A program made the translations under genes and the position numbers. From a virus (lineage: Duplodnaviria; Caudoviricetes): DNA of 64,000 nt. The notes under the pieces are model-generated. The model was not told the DNA's origin and did no database searches. It saw only the letters and a list, made by a program, of their open reading frames with translations. The stretch spans positions 1-64,000 of IMG/VR virus record IMGVR_UViG_3300033120_000387; one strand, given 5' to 3'. The stretch's first letter is position 1. Every line of letters starts with the position of its first letter. Positions 27,740-37,813 of this stretch are shown one piece after another.

Positions 27740-28484
27740 ACAATATATCGAGCCATTTGTAGCTTTAAATAAACCAATTCCATATAAATCATTACAAATT
27801 TTTCCAATAAAAATAAAAGATATTTATGAATTTATGTTTGCATATGATGTTATAAATGTTGAAAAGAATAAAATTCCCAATGTAGAAGTTATACAAATGA
27901 GTTATCTTGACTTTATATTTTTTAAACTTATGAAAGATGAAACAAAATTTAGTAACGAAATAACATTAGGTAATATATGGGCGCATAAATTTAGTTTAAT
28001 AATGAAACTATGCTTAAATGTAGAGTCGAATGATATTGAGCTTGTAATAGATAAAAACAAAATTAACCTTAATATAAAGGGCGAAACAATTAATTCAAAA
28101 GAGTTTGACGAAATTAGAAAGATTATTATGTTTCAAAATTTTTATGATTATGATGATAGACCTATGAGTGACGATTTTAAAAAAGTAATAGAAAAATATT
28201 ATAGTCTTAAAAATAAAAACAAGATAATGCCAACAATTGAAAATAAGAAAGATGTAATAATTACTCATACCTCTTATAAAGATGATGAGATTGAAAATAT
28301 TACATATAGAAGATTTGAAAAAATGTTTAATTCTATCGTAAGTAAAACTGATTTTATTGCCAATGTTATATTCAAGTCACAAGGAACAAAAGAACCTTTG
28401 GAACATTGGGTATATAAAGATAAAAAAGATAAGTATTCGGAAGTCTTTAGTGATGCCGAAGAATTTGCAAAACAATTTAATTAA
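27723..28484 (+). CDS. Tail-module hypothetical protein (possible chaperone)
   Basis: MSYLDFI, INSKEFDEIRKIIMFQN, LEHW. Confidence 0.55.
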   Translation: MIQDVKQYIEPFVALNKPIPYKSLQIFPIKIKDIYEFMFAYDVINVEKNKIPNVEVIQMSYLDFIFFKLMKDETKFSNEITLGNIWAHKFSLIMKLCLNVESNDIELVIDKNKINLNIKGETINSKEFDEIRKIIMFQNFYDYDDRPMSDDFKKVIEKYYSLKNKNKIMPTIENKKDVIITHTSYKDDEIENITYRRFEKMFNSIVSKTDFIANVIFKSQGTKEPLEHWVYKDKKDKYSEVFSDAEEFAKQFN

Positions 28485-28498
28485 AAGGAGGAATAAAT

Positions 28499-29554
28499 AT
28501 GAAATATGCTTTAGCAGGTACTTTGCTCAATAGAGTATTAAGCCCTGTAAATGGAAATGAAATATTTAGAACCGAAAGCTTGCAAGATAACACTATTAGC
28601 GTTAGTGTAACAGAGGAAGAGATTCGTGGGGGATTAGCAAACAAAAAATTAGCTAGTTATTTTCATGATAGTATTTTAAATGTTACACTAACTGATGCTT
28701 TGTTTGACCTTAATTATCTAGCACAGAATTTCGGGGGTCAGGTTTCGGTAGGAGGAGATGTGTTTTATAACGAAACTATCACTACTACGGTAAATAATCA
28801 AATCACTGTAACAAACACACCTGTAGCGTTTCTTAATTTTGGAACAATCGGAAGATATACTATTCAAGGTCAAGAAAATTGGAAGCCGCTTACATTTGTG
28901 AACAAGGTGGCTACCACTTCAAATTTACCTGTTGGAAGTGTAGTATGTGTAGAATATTCTGTAAACAGTTCTACTGTACAGCAGTTTACTATATCGTCTG
29001 CAATAATTCCAAATGAAGCTATATTAGTAGTAGAAGCACCGCTATTTAATGCTTCATCCACAGTATTTAGCCAGAGTTCAAGGGTAGGTGTTCTTAGAGT
29101 AACCGTACCAAAATTCCTTTTCACGGGTTCAACCGATTTGGCACTTACAAGCACTGGCGCATCAAATACTTCTATTAGTGGTTCTGCATTAGCCTATAAA
29201 GGTGCAACATCGTCTTGTACAAGTCTTGGTGATTATGCTTATGTTCAATTAGAAATATTTGACCAAACACCAGAAGATGGCTTGGTTAATCTTGCTATTG
29301 ATGGTGCTGATATTCAAATGAAAGTTAATACTCCATATACACTACAAGTAGTAGGTATTTACGAAAATGGAGCAACTAATTCGAATTTTGATAATACGAG
29401 ATTGACATTTACTGCTAATCCTGCAACAAATGTTACTATTACTAATGCAGGTGTTATTACGGTAAATGCGGCGGTAAATGATGTATCATTGAAAGTTGTG
29501 GCAACAAATGCACCTACCATTGAAACATATGGAAATATAACTGCAACCGTATAA
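28499..29554 (+). CDS. Major tail tube protein with C-terminal Ig-like domain
   Basis: EEEIRGGLANK...YFHDS...LTDALFDL; followed by a terminator. Confidence 0.8.
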   Translation: MKYALAGTLLNRVLSPVNGNEIFRTESLQDNTISVSVTEEEIRGGLANKKLASYFHDSILNVTLTDALFDLNYLAQNFGGQVSVGGDVFYNETITTTVNNQITVTNTPVAFLNFGTIGRYTIQGQENWKPLTFVNKVATTSNLPVGSVVCVEYSVNSSTVQQFTISSAIIPNEAILVVEAPLFNASSTVFSQSSRVGVLRVTVPKFLFTGSTDLALTSTGASNTSISGSALAYKGATSSCTSLGDYAYVQLEIFDQTPEDGLVNLAIDGADIQMKVNTPYTLQVVGIYENGATNSNFDNTRLTFTANPATNVTITNAGVITVNAAVNDVSLKVVATNAPTIETYGNITATV

Positions 29555-29557
29555 AAT

Positions 29558-29580
29558 AAGAGAGAGCCAATCTCTCTTTT
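29558..29580 (+). terminator. Terminator-like hairpin
   Basis: AAGAGAGA-GCCAA-TCTCTCTTTT. Confidence 0.7.
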
Positions 29581-29607
29581 ACATAATATCCTATAAGGAG
29601 GCTTATC

Positions 29608-30000
29608 ATGTGTGCCAATGCCCACTATCACCCTAACGATATTAGACTATATTGTAAACAAACCGATAACATTTGTGTTTATCAATATTATTGTCCACAG
29701 GTTAAAAAATATAAATTAAATAATAGAGAAGGAGGTTGTATAATGTATAATAAAGAAAAGAAAACATTGAATAAAAATCAATACAATGTTAGATTTGAGA
29801 AGCGTGGTATTTTATTCGTAGAAATAGATAACTATGTGCAAGAATTTAAAAATCCTTATGACTATATCCCTGAATCAGTAGAATTGGCTAGAGTTAATGG
29901 AGAATGGTTTATAAAAGGGTTCGAGCCCAAAATAAAGGAAAAATCCAAGAAGGAGGTAGTAGAAGATGGCATACGCATCACCGATAACGATTTGTCATAG
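29608..30000 (+). CDS. Hypothetical protein with Cys-rich N-terminus and an internal SD+ATG
   Basis: Five Cys in the first 45 aa; GGAGG before internal MYNKEK. Confidence 0.6.
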   Translation: MCANAHYHPNDIRLYCKQTDNICVYQYYCPQVKKYKLNNREGGCIMYNKEKKTLNKNQYNVRFEKRGILFVEIDNYVQEFKNPYDYIPESVELARVNGEWFIKGFEPKIKEKSKKEVVEDGIRITDNDLS

Positions 30001-30280
30001 TGGGATAACCAACAAGGCAAACTTTGATTTATTTGTAGATGACGAATATGTAGCACAGGATTTAGCAACGCTAAATAGTGATTATTTAACCACAGGCATT
30101 CCTTGTGCTATAGATATTGTTTTAGACACTACTATTCCATGTCAAGTAAAAATCAACAATAAAACATGGCAGAATTTTATGTTAAATACTGGCTATAGTA
30201 TTCCTGACCCAAGAACTGTTAAATCAGTAATTTTATCAGCCGATAATGTAAAATATAACATTACTATAATGGCAGAGTAG
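29966..30280 (+). CDS. Small beta-rich putative virion protein
   Basis: SD AAGGAGG; 104 aa. Confidence 0.6.
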   Translation: MAYASPITICHSGITNKANFDLFVDDEYVAQDLATLNSDYLTTGIPCAIDIVLDTTIPCQVKINNKTWQNFMLNTGYSIPDPRTVKSVILSADNVKYNITIMAE

Positions 30281-30288
30281 GTGATATT

Positions 30289-31069
30289 ATGAGTAAAATA
30301 ACATCTGCAATGGTTAACACTATTGCTAAATATTGGGCTACTAAAATTAGTACAATGACCAGTGCTGGTATTGAATCTATAGCTATGAACGCCACTAAAA
30401 CAGCTTTAGTAATAACATATAAAGACGGAGGGTACAAATCCGACCCATACTATATTTAGTGCAGGAAGTGGTGGAACACCTAGCACAGTAGGAATAAATG
30501 ATGTAATTGGTTTACCACAAGTTTTAAACGGTACGAATAGAATTGACAATATACATCTTACTACACAAACATATGATTTGAACAATTTTATGTCTTTATC
30601 ACAAGCAAATACAGCAGGAATATTATATGTTCGTAGCGGTGGGTCTAATGGCGATGGTAGTTTATTTACACCATATACTTTACTATCTGATGCACAAAAT
30701 GCACTAAACACATTAAATCAATCTATTGATATAATGGATTGTAGTACACATATTATGACAATAGCTAACACAAGCTTATTATCATCTTTACATGGTCTGA
30801 AAGCAACAACAAGCGGCAATATATCACTAAGTAAAAATAATTGTTTTTATCATGTAGCGAATCATGAGAGTAGCATTGATATAGATGGGAATGATGTAAT
30901 TGTTGTTGTAGATGGCGAAGTCAAAGGAGATATTATTTGTAATGGGTTAAGGTGTAAGATATTTATAAACTTCTTTGATGATACCACATATACAATAGCT
31001 GGTAAAGATAATATTGCTGATGGTTCAAAGATTGGTGACAGAACATTTGGATTTAAGGCAGAAAGGTAG
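30289..31069 (+). pseudogene. Putative virion accessory gene split by a +1 frameshift near GGAGGG 30427-30432
   Basis: ATG 30289 frame ends at TAG 30457-30459; the +1 frame is open from about 30416 into ORF 30578-31069. Confidence 0.6.
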
Positions 31070-31076
31070 GTAGGGC

Positions 31077-31496
31077 ATGGCTGATAATACAATAAAAGAG
31101 AGGCTAGACGCTTTAGATGTAGGCTTTGAAGGCTTAAAATTTAGAGAATTTATACAAAATGGTTGGAAGGTGCGTGTCTCAGAAACAGGCGTAAAAACAG
31201 CAATGCTTGATATAGATGTTCCTACTACTTGGGTTAATAATAGCAGTCCTTATGGTTGTTATAGGAAAGATACTGCCTTTTCTCAGAATTTGCCAGTAGG
31301 TATATTTACATCTGAGCCTGTTATTAATACAACAGCTTATGCGGTTAATAAGAATTTTGCATTTTTAAATGTACAAACTAACGCACCTAGCTTAGTATAT
31401 ACAGGTACTTTTGAAACATATTTATTTGATAAAACAGGGACAGGCAATGATAAACCAACAGAAATACACTATGTAGTAGTGGCTATTGGTTTTTAG
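31077..31496 (+). CDS. Small tail-fibre-tip-like beta protein
   Basis: NGWKVRVSETG, NLPVGIFTSEPVI, IHYVVVAIG C-terminus. Confidence 0.6.
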   Translation: MADNTIKERLDALDVGFEGLKFREFIQNGWKVRVSETGVKTAMLDIDVPTTWVNNSSPYGCYRKDTAFSQNLPVGIFTSEPVINTTAYAVNKNFAFLNVQTNAPSLVYTGTFETYLFDKTGTGNDKPTEIHYVVVAIGF

Positions 31497-31599
31497 AAAG
31501 AGAGGTTTTGCATGGCATATATAAACACCCAATGTGGGGGATTAAAAATAAATACAACATCATAGATATAACCTTAGAACAAATACCACAGCCATAAAC

Positions 31600-31623
31600 A
31601 AAAGAGGGAATACCCTCTTTTTT
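31600..31623 (+). terminator. Terminator-like hairpin directly upstream of mazF
   Basis: AAAAGAGGG-AATA-CCCTCTTTTTT. Confidence 0.75.
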
Positions 31624-31642
31624 ACATATTAAGGAGAAAAGG

Positions 31643-32008
31643 ATGAAAGATAAATTTATATCACAAGGTCATATTTATATATGTGATTTTAGTGGAGCAA
31701 AGGGGTCAGAGCAAAAATCAACAAGACCTGCACTTGTAGTACAAAATAATATTGGCAATACATTTAGTACAACTACATGGGTTATACCGATAACTAGCAA
31801 AAATAAAAAAGAATATCCTATGCACCACATCATATATCAAAAAGATTATCCACAATTAGAATATGAGGAAAATATAATTTTAGTAGAACAACTAACCACA
31901 CGAGATGAGTGTCGAATAGGAAAATATATTGGTACTTTAAAAGATAAAGATTTTAATATTGTTATTGATAAAATCATAGACAATTTAAAAAAATATAAAA
32001 ACACATAA
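31643..32008 (+). CDS. mazF: PemK/MazF-family endoribonuclease; no adjacent antitoxin gene
   Basis: GHIYICDF...GSEQKSTRPALVVQNNIGN...VIPITS...LVEQLTTRD...IG.L. Confidence 0.9.
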   Translation: MKDKFISQGHIYICDFSGAKGSEQKSTRPALVVQNNIGNTFSTTTWVIPITSKNKKEYPMHHIIYQKDYPQLEYEENIILVEQLTTRDECRIGKYIGTLKDKDFNIVIDKIIDNLKKYKNT

Positions 32009-32073
32009 CATTATAAAAATAATAGGCAAAGAAAGTGAGGCTTATAATGGGTGAAAAGGAGGAGGTGTTATAT

Positions 32074-32469
32074 ATGGAAGAATTAAACAGAGTAGAAACA
32101 AAATTCGACAAACAGATAGCAAAGCTTAATGAAAAATTGCATCAAACCGATTTGAAACTTGAAAGAAACAATACCATCACAGAACAAAGCACAAAGGCGA
32201 TAGAAAAAATGACCGACACAATGGATAGTGTGAAAGAAGCAATGATTGACATCAGTACAAAATTGTCTATAACAGAGCGAACTAATCAAGAATTGAAGGA
32301 AAATGTTGAAAACCTAAATGGAAAATTTGAAAGGCTTGAAACCAAAGTCGATGATAAGGTCGATTTAATTGAAGAAAAAGGAAAATTCGACTACCTGCTA
32401 TGGATTAAACAAAATTTTGTAAGTTTAGTAATAGCAGGTAGTTTAATAGGATATATGTTATTAAAATAA
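32074..32469 (+). CDS. Coiled-coil protein with C-terminal TM helix (XhlA/holin-like)
   Basis: Heptad repeats followed by FVSLVIAGSLIGYMLL. Confidence 0.65.
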   Translation: MEELNRVETKFDKQIAKLNEKLHQTDLKLERNNTITEQSTKAIEKMTDTMDSVKEAMIDISTKLSITERTNQELKENVENLNGKFERLETKVDDKVDLIEEKGKFDYLLWIKQNFVSLVIAGSLIGYMLLK

Positions 32470-32470
32470 T

Positions 32471-32491
32471 AAAGGGGTTTTAATCCCCTTT
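32471..32491 (+). terminator. Terminator-like hairpin
   Basis: AAAGGGG / CCCCTTT. Confidence 0.6.
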
Positions 32492-32535
32492 ATTTTAATA
32501 ATATAATAATAATTGAAATAAAGGAGAATAAAAAA

Positions 32536-32976
32536 ATGATAGAACTTAAAAAAGCAGAAATGATACATAACGAAGAGTTTGATATTGAAATCAAGCCTTA
32601 TTTAAACGCAAGTGAAATACAACTAATAATTGAAGAAGTTGGTAAAAATGATAATGTAGTAACAAAACAATTATTAAAAGATATGTTAATAATAAGATTT
32701 TGCACCAATATAGAAGATAATATTGTCGATAATCTTAATTACGATTTAGTTGTTGAAAGCGGTTTAATTGATGTTATTAGAGAGAATGTAAAAAATTATT
32801 ATGATGTAGATGGGTTTATAATGCAAAACGAAAGTATTAATCGTAGTGTTTCTAAATTTTTAGAATCTATATCGGCAACTGCTGATAAGGCTGTTAAAAA
32901 TATGCCTAAAACACCTAAAGGATGGGAAAAACTATTAGGTCAATTTGCTGAAGTGGTAAAGAAAAATGATAAATAA
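32536..32976 (+). CDS. Putative tail assembly chaperone
   Basis: IEIKPYL...FCTNI...YDLVVESGL; upstream of the tape measure gene. Confidence 0.55.
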   Translation: MIELKKAEMIHNEEFDIEIKPYLNASEIQLIIEEVGKNDNVVTKQLLKDMLIIRFCTNIEDNIVDNLNYDLVVESGLIDVIRENVKNYYDVDGFIMQNESINRSVSKFLESISATADKAVKNMPKTPKGWEKLLGQFAEVVKKNDK

Positions 32977-33469
32977 TATGGCTCAACTTAATTTAATATT
33001 AGGTGGAGCAGTAGCAGAAGCATTAGAAAACACTACTAAAATTTTATTAGAAGAACTAAGACGAATAATCGACCAAGATATTTATAGCTATAATGCAACA
33101 TGGACAAATGGATATGATGATGTTTTGGGTCGAACTGGGCAATTTAAAGATTCATGGATAATGGAGATGTCACCGTTGATAGGCACATATGTGCAATCTC
33201 AAATATTTCAAGATTATGATGCTATGGATTATGATAGTCCATTTAGTCATGGTAGTGAATACAGTGGTGGAAAATTAAAACCAAATGGTTTAGCTGATAT
33301 TATTGAAAACGGATTAGCACCCGCTTTTCATGGTTTTCCTGAAGGACACGCAAGACCATTTTGGTCAAATTTTGAAAATTATGTTAATGCGAATGTACAG
33401 AGGATATTTGCAGAAGAATGTAAGAAATTAGGATTGCCGATTAGTTTTATTGGGGCTACATTTAGTTAG
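32966..33469 (+). CDS. Tail completion (gp10-like) protein
   Basis: RTGQFKDSW and ARPFWSN motifs. Confidence 0.6.
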   Translation: MINNMAQLNLILGGAVAEALENTTKILLEELRRIIDQDIYSYNATWTNGYDDVLGRTGQFKDSWIMEMSPLIGTYVQSQIFQDYDAMDYDSPFSHGSEYSGGKLKPNGLADIIENGLAPAFHGFPEGHARPFWSNFENYVNANVQRIFAEECKKLGLPISFIGATFS

Positions 33470-33608
33470 GGGCAAAATATGGAGTTTTTGATAGAATATT
33501 AACCCTAAAATCGTTTTTATATGTAATTAGGATAGATTGCATGGGTAGTATATAAAAATTGATTTTATGGCTATTTTATGGTTAAAAAATATAAGGAGAT
33601 AAAAGGAT

Positions 33609-34115
33609 ATGATATATATGGGGGTTGACCTGTCAACCACGAGTAGCGGAATAGGTATATTTGATGATGATAAATTAATACATTATGAGTGTATTAAACC
33701 CAAATCAAAGAATTGGGAAGAAAGAGTAGGAGTAATGTTTGTTGAATTAGATAGGATATTAAAGTCTTATCCAATAGAACATATCTTCGTGGAAGAAATT
33801 CCTATGAAAGACGGTAAACCTACTTTGATAAAATTATCAGCAATCCGTGGTGCTTTTATAAGTGCTTGCTATATTAATAATATACCATTTACACCACGAA
33901 AAGTCAATGAATGGAGACAAGATTGTGGTTTTTATGGTGATGGAGTGAAAGGTCTAAAGCGAGAAGAAATGAAAAAAAAGGCTATAGAAGAAGTTAAAAA
34001 TTTATTTGATATAGATGTAAACGATGATATAGCTGAAAGTTGCTTGATTGCTTATAGAACAAGATATCCAAAAGAGGAGATAAAAGGATTTGGAAGAAAA
34101 AGTAAAATGAAGTAA
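33609..34115 (+). CDS. ruvC: RuvC-like Holliday junction resolvase
   Basis: MGVDLSTTSSGIG, FVEE, NDDIAES acidic catalytic residues. Confidence 0.85.
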   Translation: MIYMGVDLSTTSSGIGIFDDDKLIHYECIKPKSKNWEERVGVMFVELDRILKSYPIEHIFVEEIPMKDGKPTLIKLSAIRGAFISACYINNIPFTPRKVNEWRQDCGFYGDGVKGLKREEMKKKAIEEVKNLFDIDVNDDIAESCLIAYRTRYPKEEIKGFGRKSKMK

Positions 34116-34142
34116 CCCTTAAAGAAAGGGGGAATAATACAT

Positions 34143-37100
34143 ATGGCGGTAAATGATTTTAATTTAAGTTTAAAAGCCGTATTAAATACACAAGACATAA
34201 AAAATCAATTAAAAGCTATAAGTCAAACACAAAAAATAGAAATAGATGCCAAAGGTGTTGAAAAAGTTGTAAAACAAGTTGATAAATGGCAAAGTGGCAA
34301 CAATCAAATTATAACACAAGTTAGTAAAATAGATAAAAAAACAGGCGAATTAAACACTACTTTAAAGACAGTTAATACAAGTGCTGATAAGATAAATCAA
34401 TCTTTTGGTGATATAGTAGTTAAAGTTAGTAAGTTCTTACTTGCTACTACTATTATCAGTGGATTTACAAGTGCTATTTATGGTGCTGTGGATGCGGTAG
34501 TAAAATTAGATTCAAGTTTGATTGAACTTCGTAAAGTATCGGATTTAAGTGGTGAAAGCCTTAAACAATATACTAAAGACGCTTTTGATTTGGCAGAACA
34601 AATGTCTACAACTGCAACAAATGTAGTAGATGCTACAACCGAGTTTGCTAAGAGTGGATATAGTATAGCTGAATCAATGGATTTGGCAGAGCAAGCCTTA
34701 AAATTCCAAACTATTGCTGATGGAGCGATAAGTGCGAGTGATAGTGCAACATTGTTAATTCAGACGATGAAAGCTTATAATTTAACTGTCGCAGATAGTG
34801 AAAAAATCATCGACTCTATAAATGAAATTTCCAATAATTATGCGGTTTCCAGTGGCGATTTGAGCCTTGCAATCGGAAAAGTCGCATCAACCGCTAATTT
34901 AGCAGGTGTTGACCTCGACCATCTTTTAGGCTTAATGACTGGTTCAAACGAGATTGTACAAAACGCCTCAAAGGTTGCTAATGGTTATAAATCTATTTTA
35001 ACTAACCTTGTAACAAAAGACCTAGAAAAACAATTTAACTCGTTTGGTTTAACTATGCGTGACCAAAATGGAATGTTAAAAGATGGATATACTATACTTA
35101 AAGAACTAGCGGGTGTTTATAATTCATTAGGAGAAACATGGGACGGCGATACAGAATCTATGGTTTCTCTTAATGATGAAATGAATAAACTGTTAGAAGA
35201 TATTGGCGGAAAGTATAATATAAACACGTTGACAGCAGGACTTTCTAACTTTGATATAGCTATTCAAGCTACTGAATCATCTATTAATTCAGCAGGCTCA
35301 GCTAATGAAGAATATCAAACAGCATTAGATGGAATAGCAAAAAAAATGGAAGCCTTAAAGGGACAATTCCAAGAATTAGCTAATAATGTAATAAATTCAC
35401 AATTCATCAAATCCCTCTTAGACGCTGGCACAGCAATCCTTAAATTTGCTAATAGCGATATAGGACAGACTATAATTAAAATAACCTTATTAACAGGCTC
35501 AATAACTGCATTTTTAGCTGTAATGGGCAAACTTAAAGTTGTATTAGAAGCTACTGCAATGTGGTCTGCTTGGAATGCGGCTTTAAGCACTTTTACACTT
35601 AATACCACTACAGCATCAAGAGCGGTATCAGCTTTTAATGCTGTTTTAAATACCTTAAAAATAAATCCTATTATTCTTGGAATAACAGGAATAGCCACAT
35701 CAGTAGTTGTAGCGCAAAAGGCATTTGAGGCATGGGATAACTCATTTGAAAATCTGACGCTTATACAATCCGAACCTTATGATGTATTAGTAGATAACAT
35801 TGAACAAGCCGAAAAAGCGTTTGATGAATCGAATAAAACTACAGAAGAGGGCGCAACACAAGCTGAATATTATGCTAATGTTTTAGCGGAACTTGGTAAT
35901 AAATCTAATAAAACTGCTTATGAACAAACTAAGTTACAAACTGCTGTAGATACTTTAAATTCTCTTTATCCCGAATTAAATCTTGCTATTAATAACGAAA
36001 CAGGATTGTTAGAAGGAAACACAACGGCTGTTTTAGAAAATGCCAATGCTTATATAACTCTTGCCAAAGCCAAAGCATATGCACAATTAGCACAAGAATA
36101 CGAATATAATGCGGCTAAAGCACGAATAAGAGAAGGTGATTTAGAGGAACAAATTAGTGCCTATCAGAAAAAACATGGTGCTTATTATGTTGCCGCAGGA
36201 GGAATTTATAGCACTACTGCAAAGCAAGATTTAGAGCTATCTAAAATTCAAAATAAGGCGGCTGATTGGGAAAAGAAAGCGGCTGATTTGGCGGCAAGAG
36301 CACAAAACCTCACCTTGTCAGTACGAGGACAAAGAAATGGTGTCGCAATTCCTTCTTCAAACCCTCAACCGACCTCAACCCCAACAGGCGGTGGCGGAGG
36401 TGGAGGAACAGCCAAAGAAGAAGATGCTTTAAAAAATCTTAAAGAAGCCTACGAAGAAATCATCTCTGTAATGGAACACAAGTTGTTCCTTGATGAACAA
36501 GCGGGAGCAAGTAATGAAGTTCTTTTGCAACATTATAAAGATATTCAAACCGAAATCCATAGACAAGCACAATATTATCGTAGTATTGGATTGGGCGAAA
36601 ATCACGAATATATAATGTCGTTGCAAGAGCAATGGTGGAAATATCAATCCGAAATCTCTGATATAAATAAAAAAATAGCTGAAGATGCTAAAAAAGCACG
36701 AGAAGAATCGCTTAATAAATCTATTTCTTTATATAATGCACAATTAGCGGCACTAGAAAGATATGCACAAGCACAACAAGATAGTATACAAAAAGAGATA
36801 GACGCTTTACAAGAAGCTAATAATCAAAGAGAAAAATCTATTGAATTACAAAATCTTGAAGAAGCCTTGGCAACCGCTAGACAACAGCGTATTAGAATAT
36901 ACGAAGAAGGTAAAGGGTTTGTATATCGTGAAGATATGTCGGCAATATCTCAAGCCCAAACAGCACTTAATGAATATAACCAACAGCAAGCTTATGAAGC
37001 TGAATTAGAAAGGCTTGAAAACAGAAAGCAAGCATGGTCAGATTATGTAAGTAATTTTAAAATTCAACAAGATAAATTGCTTAATGAGCAACAATTAGGC

Positions 37101-37751
37101 ACAACCGAAGAAGCTTTTATACAACAACAAAGAATATCTAATTTACAATCTTTTGCTAATAGTTATTTATCTATAATGCAATCTTTAGTTGATGCACAAG
37201 GTGAATTAAACGACATGGATGGTTCTACAGCTTATGGTGCTAGTTCATCATCTGATAGAGCCGAATCAGCAAGAAAAACTAATATTCAAGCACAAATGTC
37301 AGCTAATAGTGCGGCATGGCATGGTGCTAGCGCAAGCGAAAAGAAAAGATTAGAGTCTGAGAATAAAAAACTTGGAGCTTCCATTGGTGCAACATATACA
37401 CCTTCAACTGGTAAGTGGTCTTATGCAGATGGTATTACAAAGATTCCATTTAACCAATGGGCAAATGTCAATGAAAATGGTGACGAGTTAATAATACCGC
37501 CACAAGGCAATATGCAGTATTTGCAAAAGGGTACAGGTGTTATTCCTAAGACATTAACCGAAAACCTTATGGAGATTGGTCAATTAGGGCTAAGCGGGTT
37601 GAAGAATTTTATGGGTAGTGGTGGTTCTACTGATAATTCAATCAATATTCAATCATTAACTGTTCGAGCTGACAATCCAACACAATTATTTAATGAACTA
37701 AAAAGCTTGAATAATTTTAAGAATTTAGCAACTCAAAGTGCTTATGAGTAG
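34143..37751 (+). CDS. Tail tape measure protein (TP901 family)
   Basis: LDSSLIELRKVSD, ATTEFAKSGYS, INEISNNYAVSS; 1202 aa, Ala-rich helical. Confidence 0.92.
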   Translation: MAVNDFNLSLKAVLNTQDIKNQLKAISQTQKIEIDAKGVEKVVKQVDKWQSGNNQIITQVSKIDKKTGELNTTLKTVNTSADKINQSFGDIVVKVSKFLLATTIISGFTSAIYGAVDAVVKLDSSLIELRKVSDLSGESLKQYTKDAFDLAEQMSTTATNVVDATTEFAKSGYSIAESMDLAEQALKFQTIADGAISASDSATLLIQTMKAYNLTVADSEKIIDSINEISNNYAVSSGDLSLAIGKVASTANLAGVDLDHLLGLMTGSNEIVQNASKVANGYKSILTNLVTKDLEKQFNSFGLTMRDQNGMLKDGYTILKELAGVYNSLGETWDGDTESMVSLNDEMNKLLEDIGGKYNINTLTAGLSNFDIAIQATESSINSAGSANEEYQTALDGIAKKMEALKGQFQELANNVINSQFIKSLLDAGTAILKFANSDIGQTIIKITLLTGSITAFLAVMGKLKVVLEATAMWSAWNAALSTFTLNTTTASRAVSAFNAVLNTLKINPIILGITGIATSVVVAQKAFEAWDNSFENLTLIQSEPYDVLVDNIEQAEKAFDESNKTTEEGATQAEYYANVLAELGNKSNKTAYEQTKLQTAVDTLNSLYPELNLAINNETGLLEGNTTAVLENANAYITLAKAKAYAQLAQEYEYNAAKARIREGDLEEQISAYQKKHGAYYVAAGGIYSTTAKQDLELSKIQNKAADWEKKAADLAARAQNLTLSVRGQRNGVAIPSSNPQPTSTPTGGGGGGGTAKEEDALKNLKEAYEEIISVMEHKLFLDEQAGASNEVLLQHYKDIQTEIHRQAQYYRSIGLGENHEYIMSLQEQWWKYQSEISDINKKIAEDAKKAREESLNKSISLYNAQLAALERYAQAQQDSIQKEIDALQEANNQREKSIELQNLEEALATARQQRIRIYEEGKGFVYREDMSAISQAQTALNEYNQQQAYEAELERLENRKQAWSDYVSNFKIQQDKLLNEQQLGTTEEAFIQQQRISNLQSFANSYLSIMQSLVDAQGELNDMDGSTAYGASSSSDRAESARKTNIQAQMSANSAAWHGASASEKKRLESENKKLGASIGATYTPSTGKWSYADGITKIPFNQWANVNENGDELIIPPQGNMQYLQKGTGVIPKTLTENLMEIGQLGLSGLKNFMGSGGSTDNSINIQSLTVRADNPTQLFNELKSLNNFKNLATQSAYE

Positions 37752-37756
37752 TTAAT

Positions 37757-37790
37757 AAAAAAGGGATAGGGGCAAACTCTATCTCTTTTT
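37757..37790 (+). terminator. Terminator-like hairpin
   Basis: AAAAAGGGATAGGG / CTCTATCTCTTTTT. Confidence 0.65.
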
Positions 37791-37813
37791 ATATAATTGA
37801 AAGGAGGGTATTT

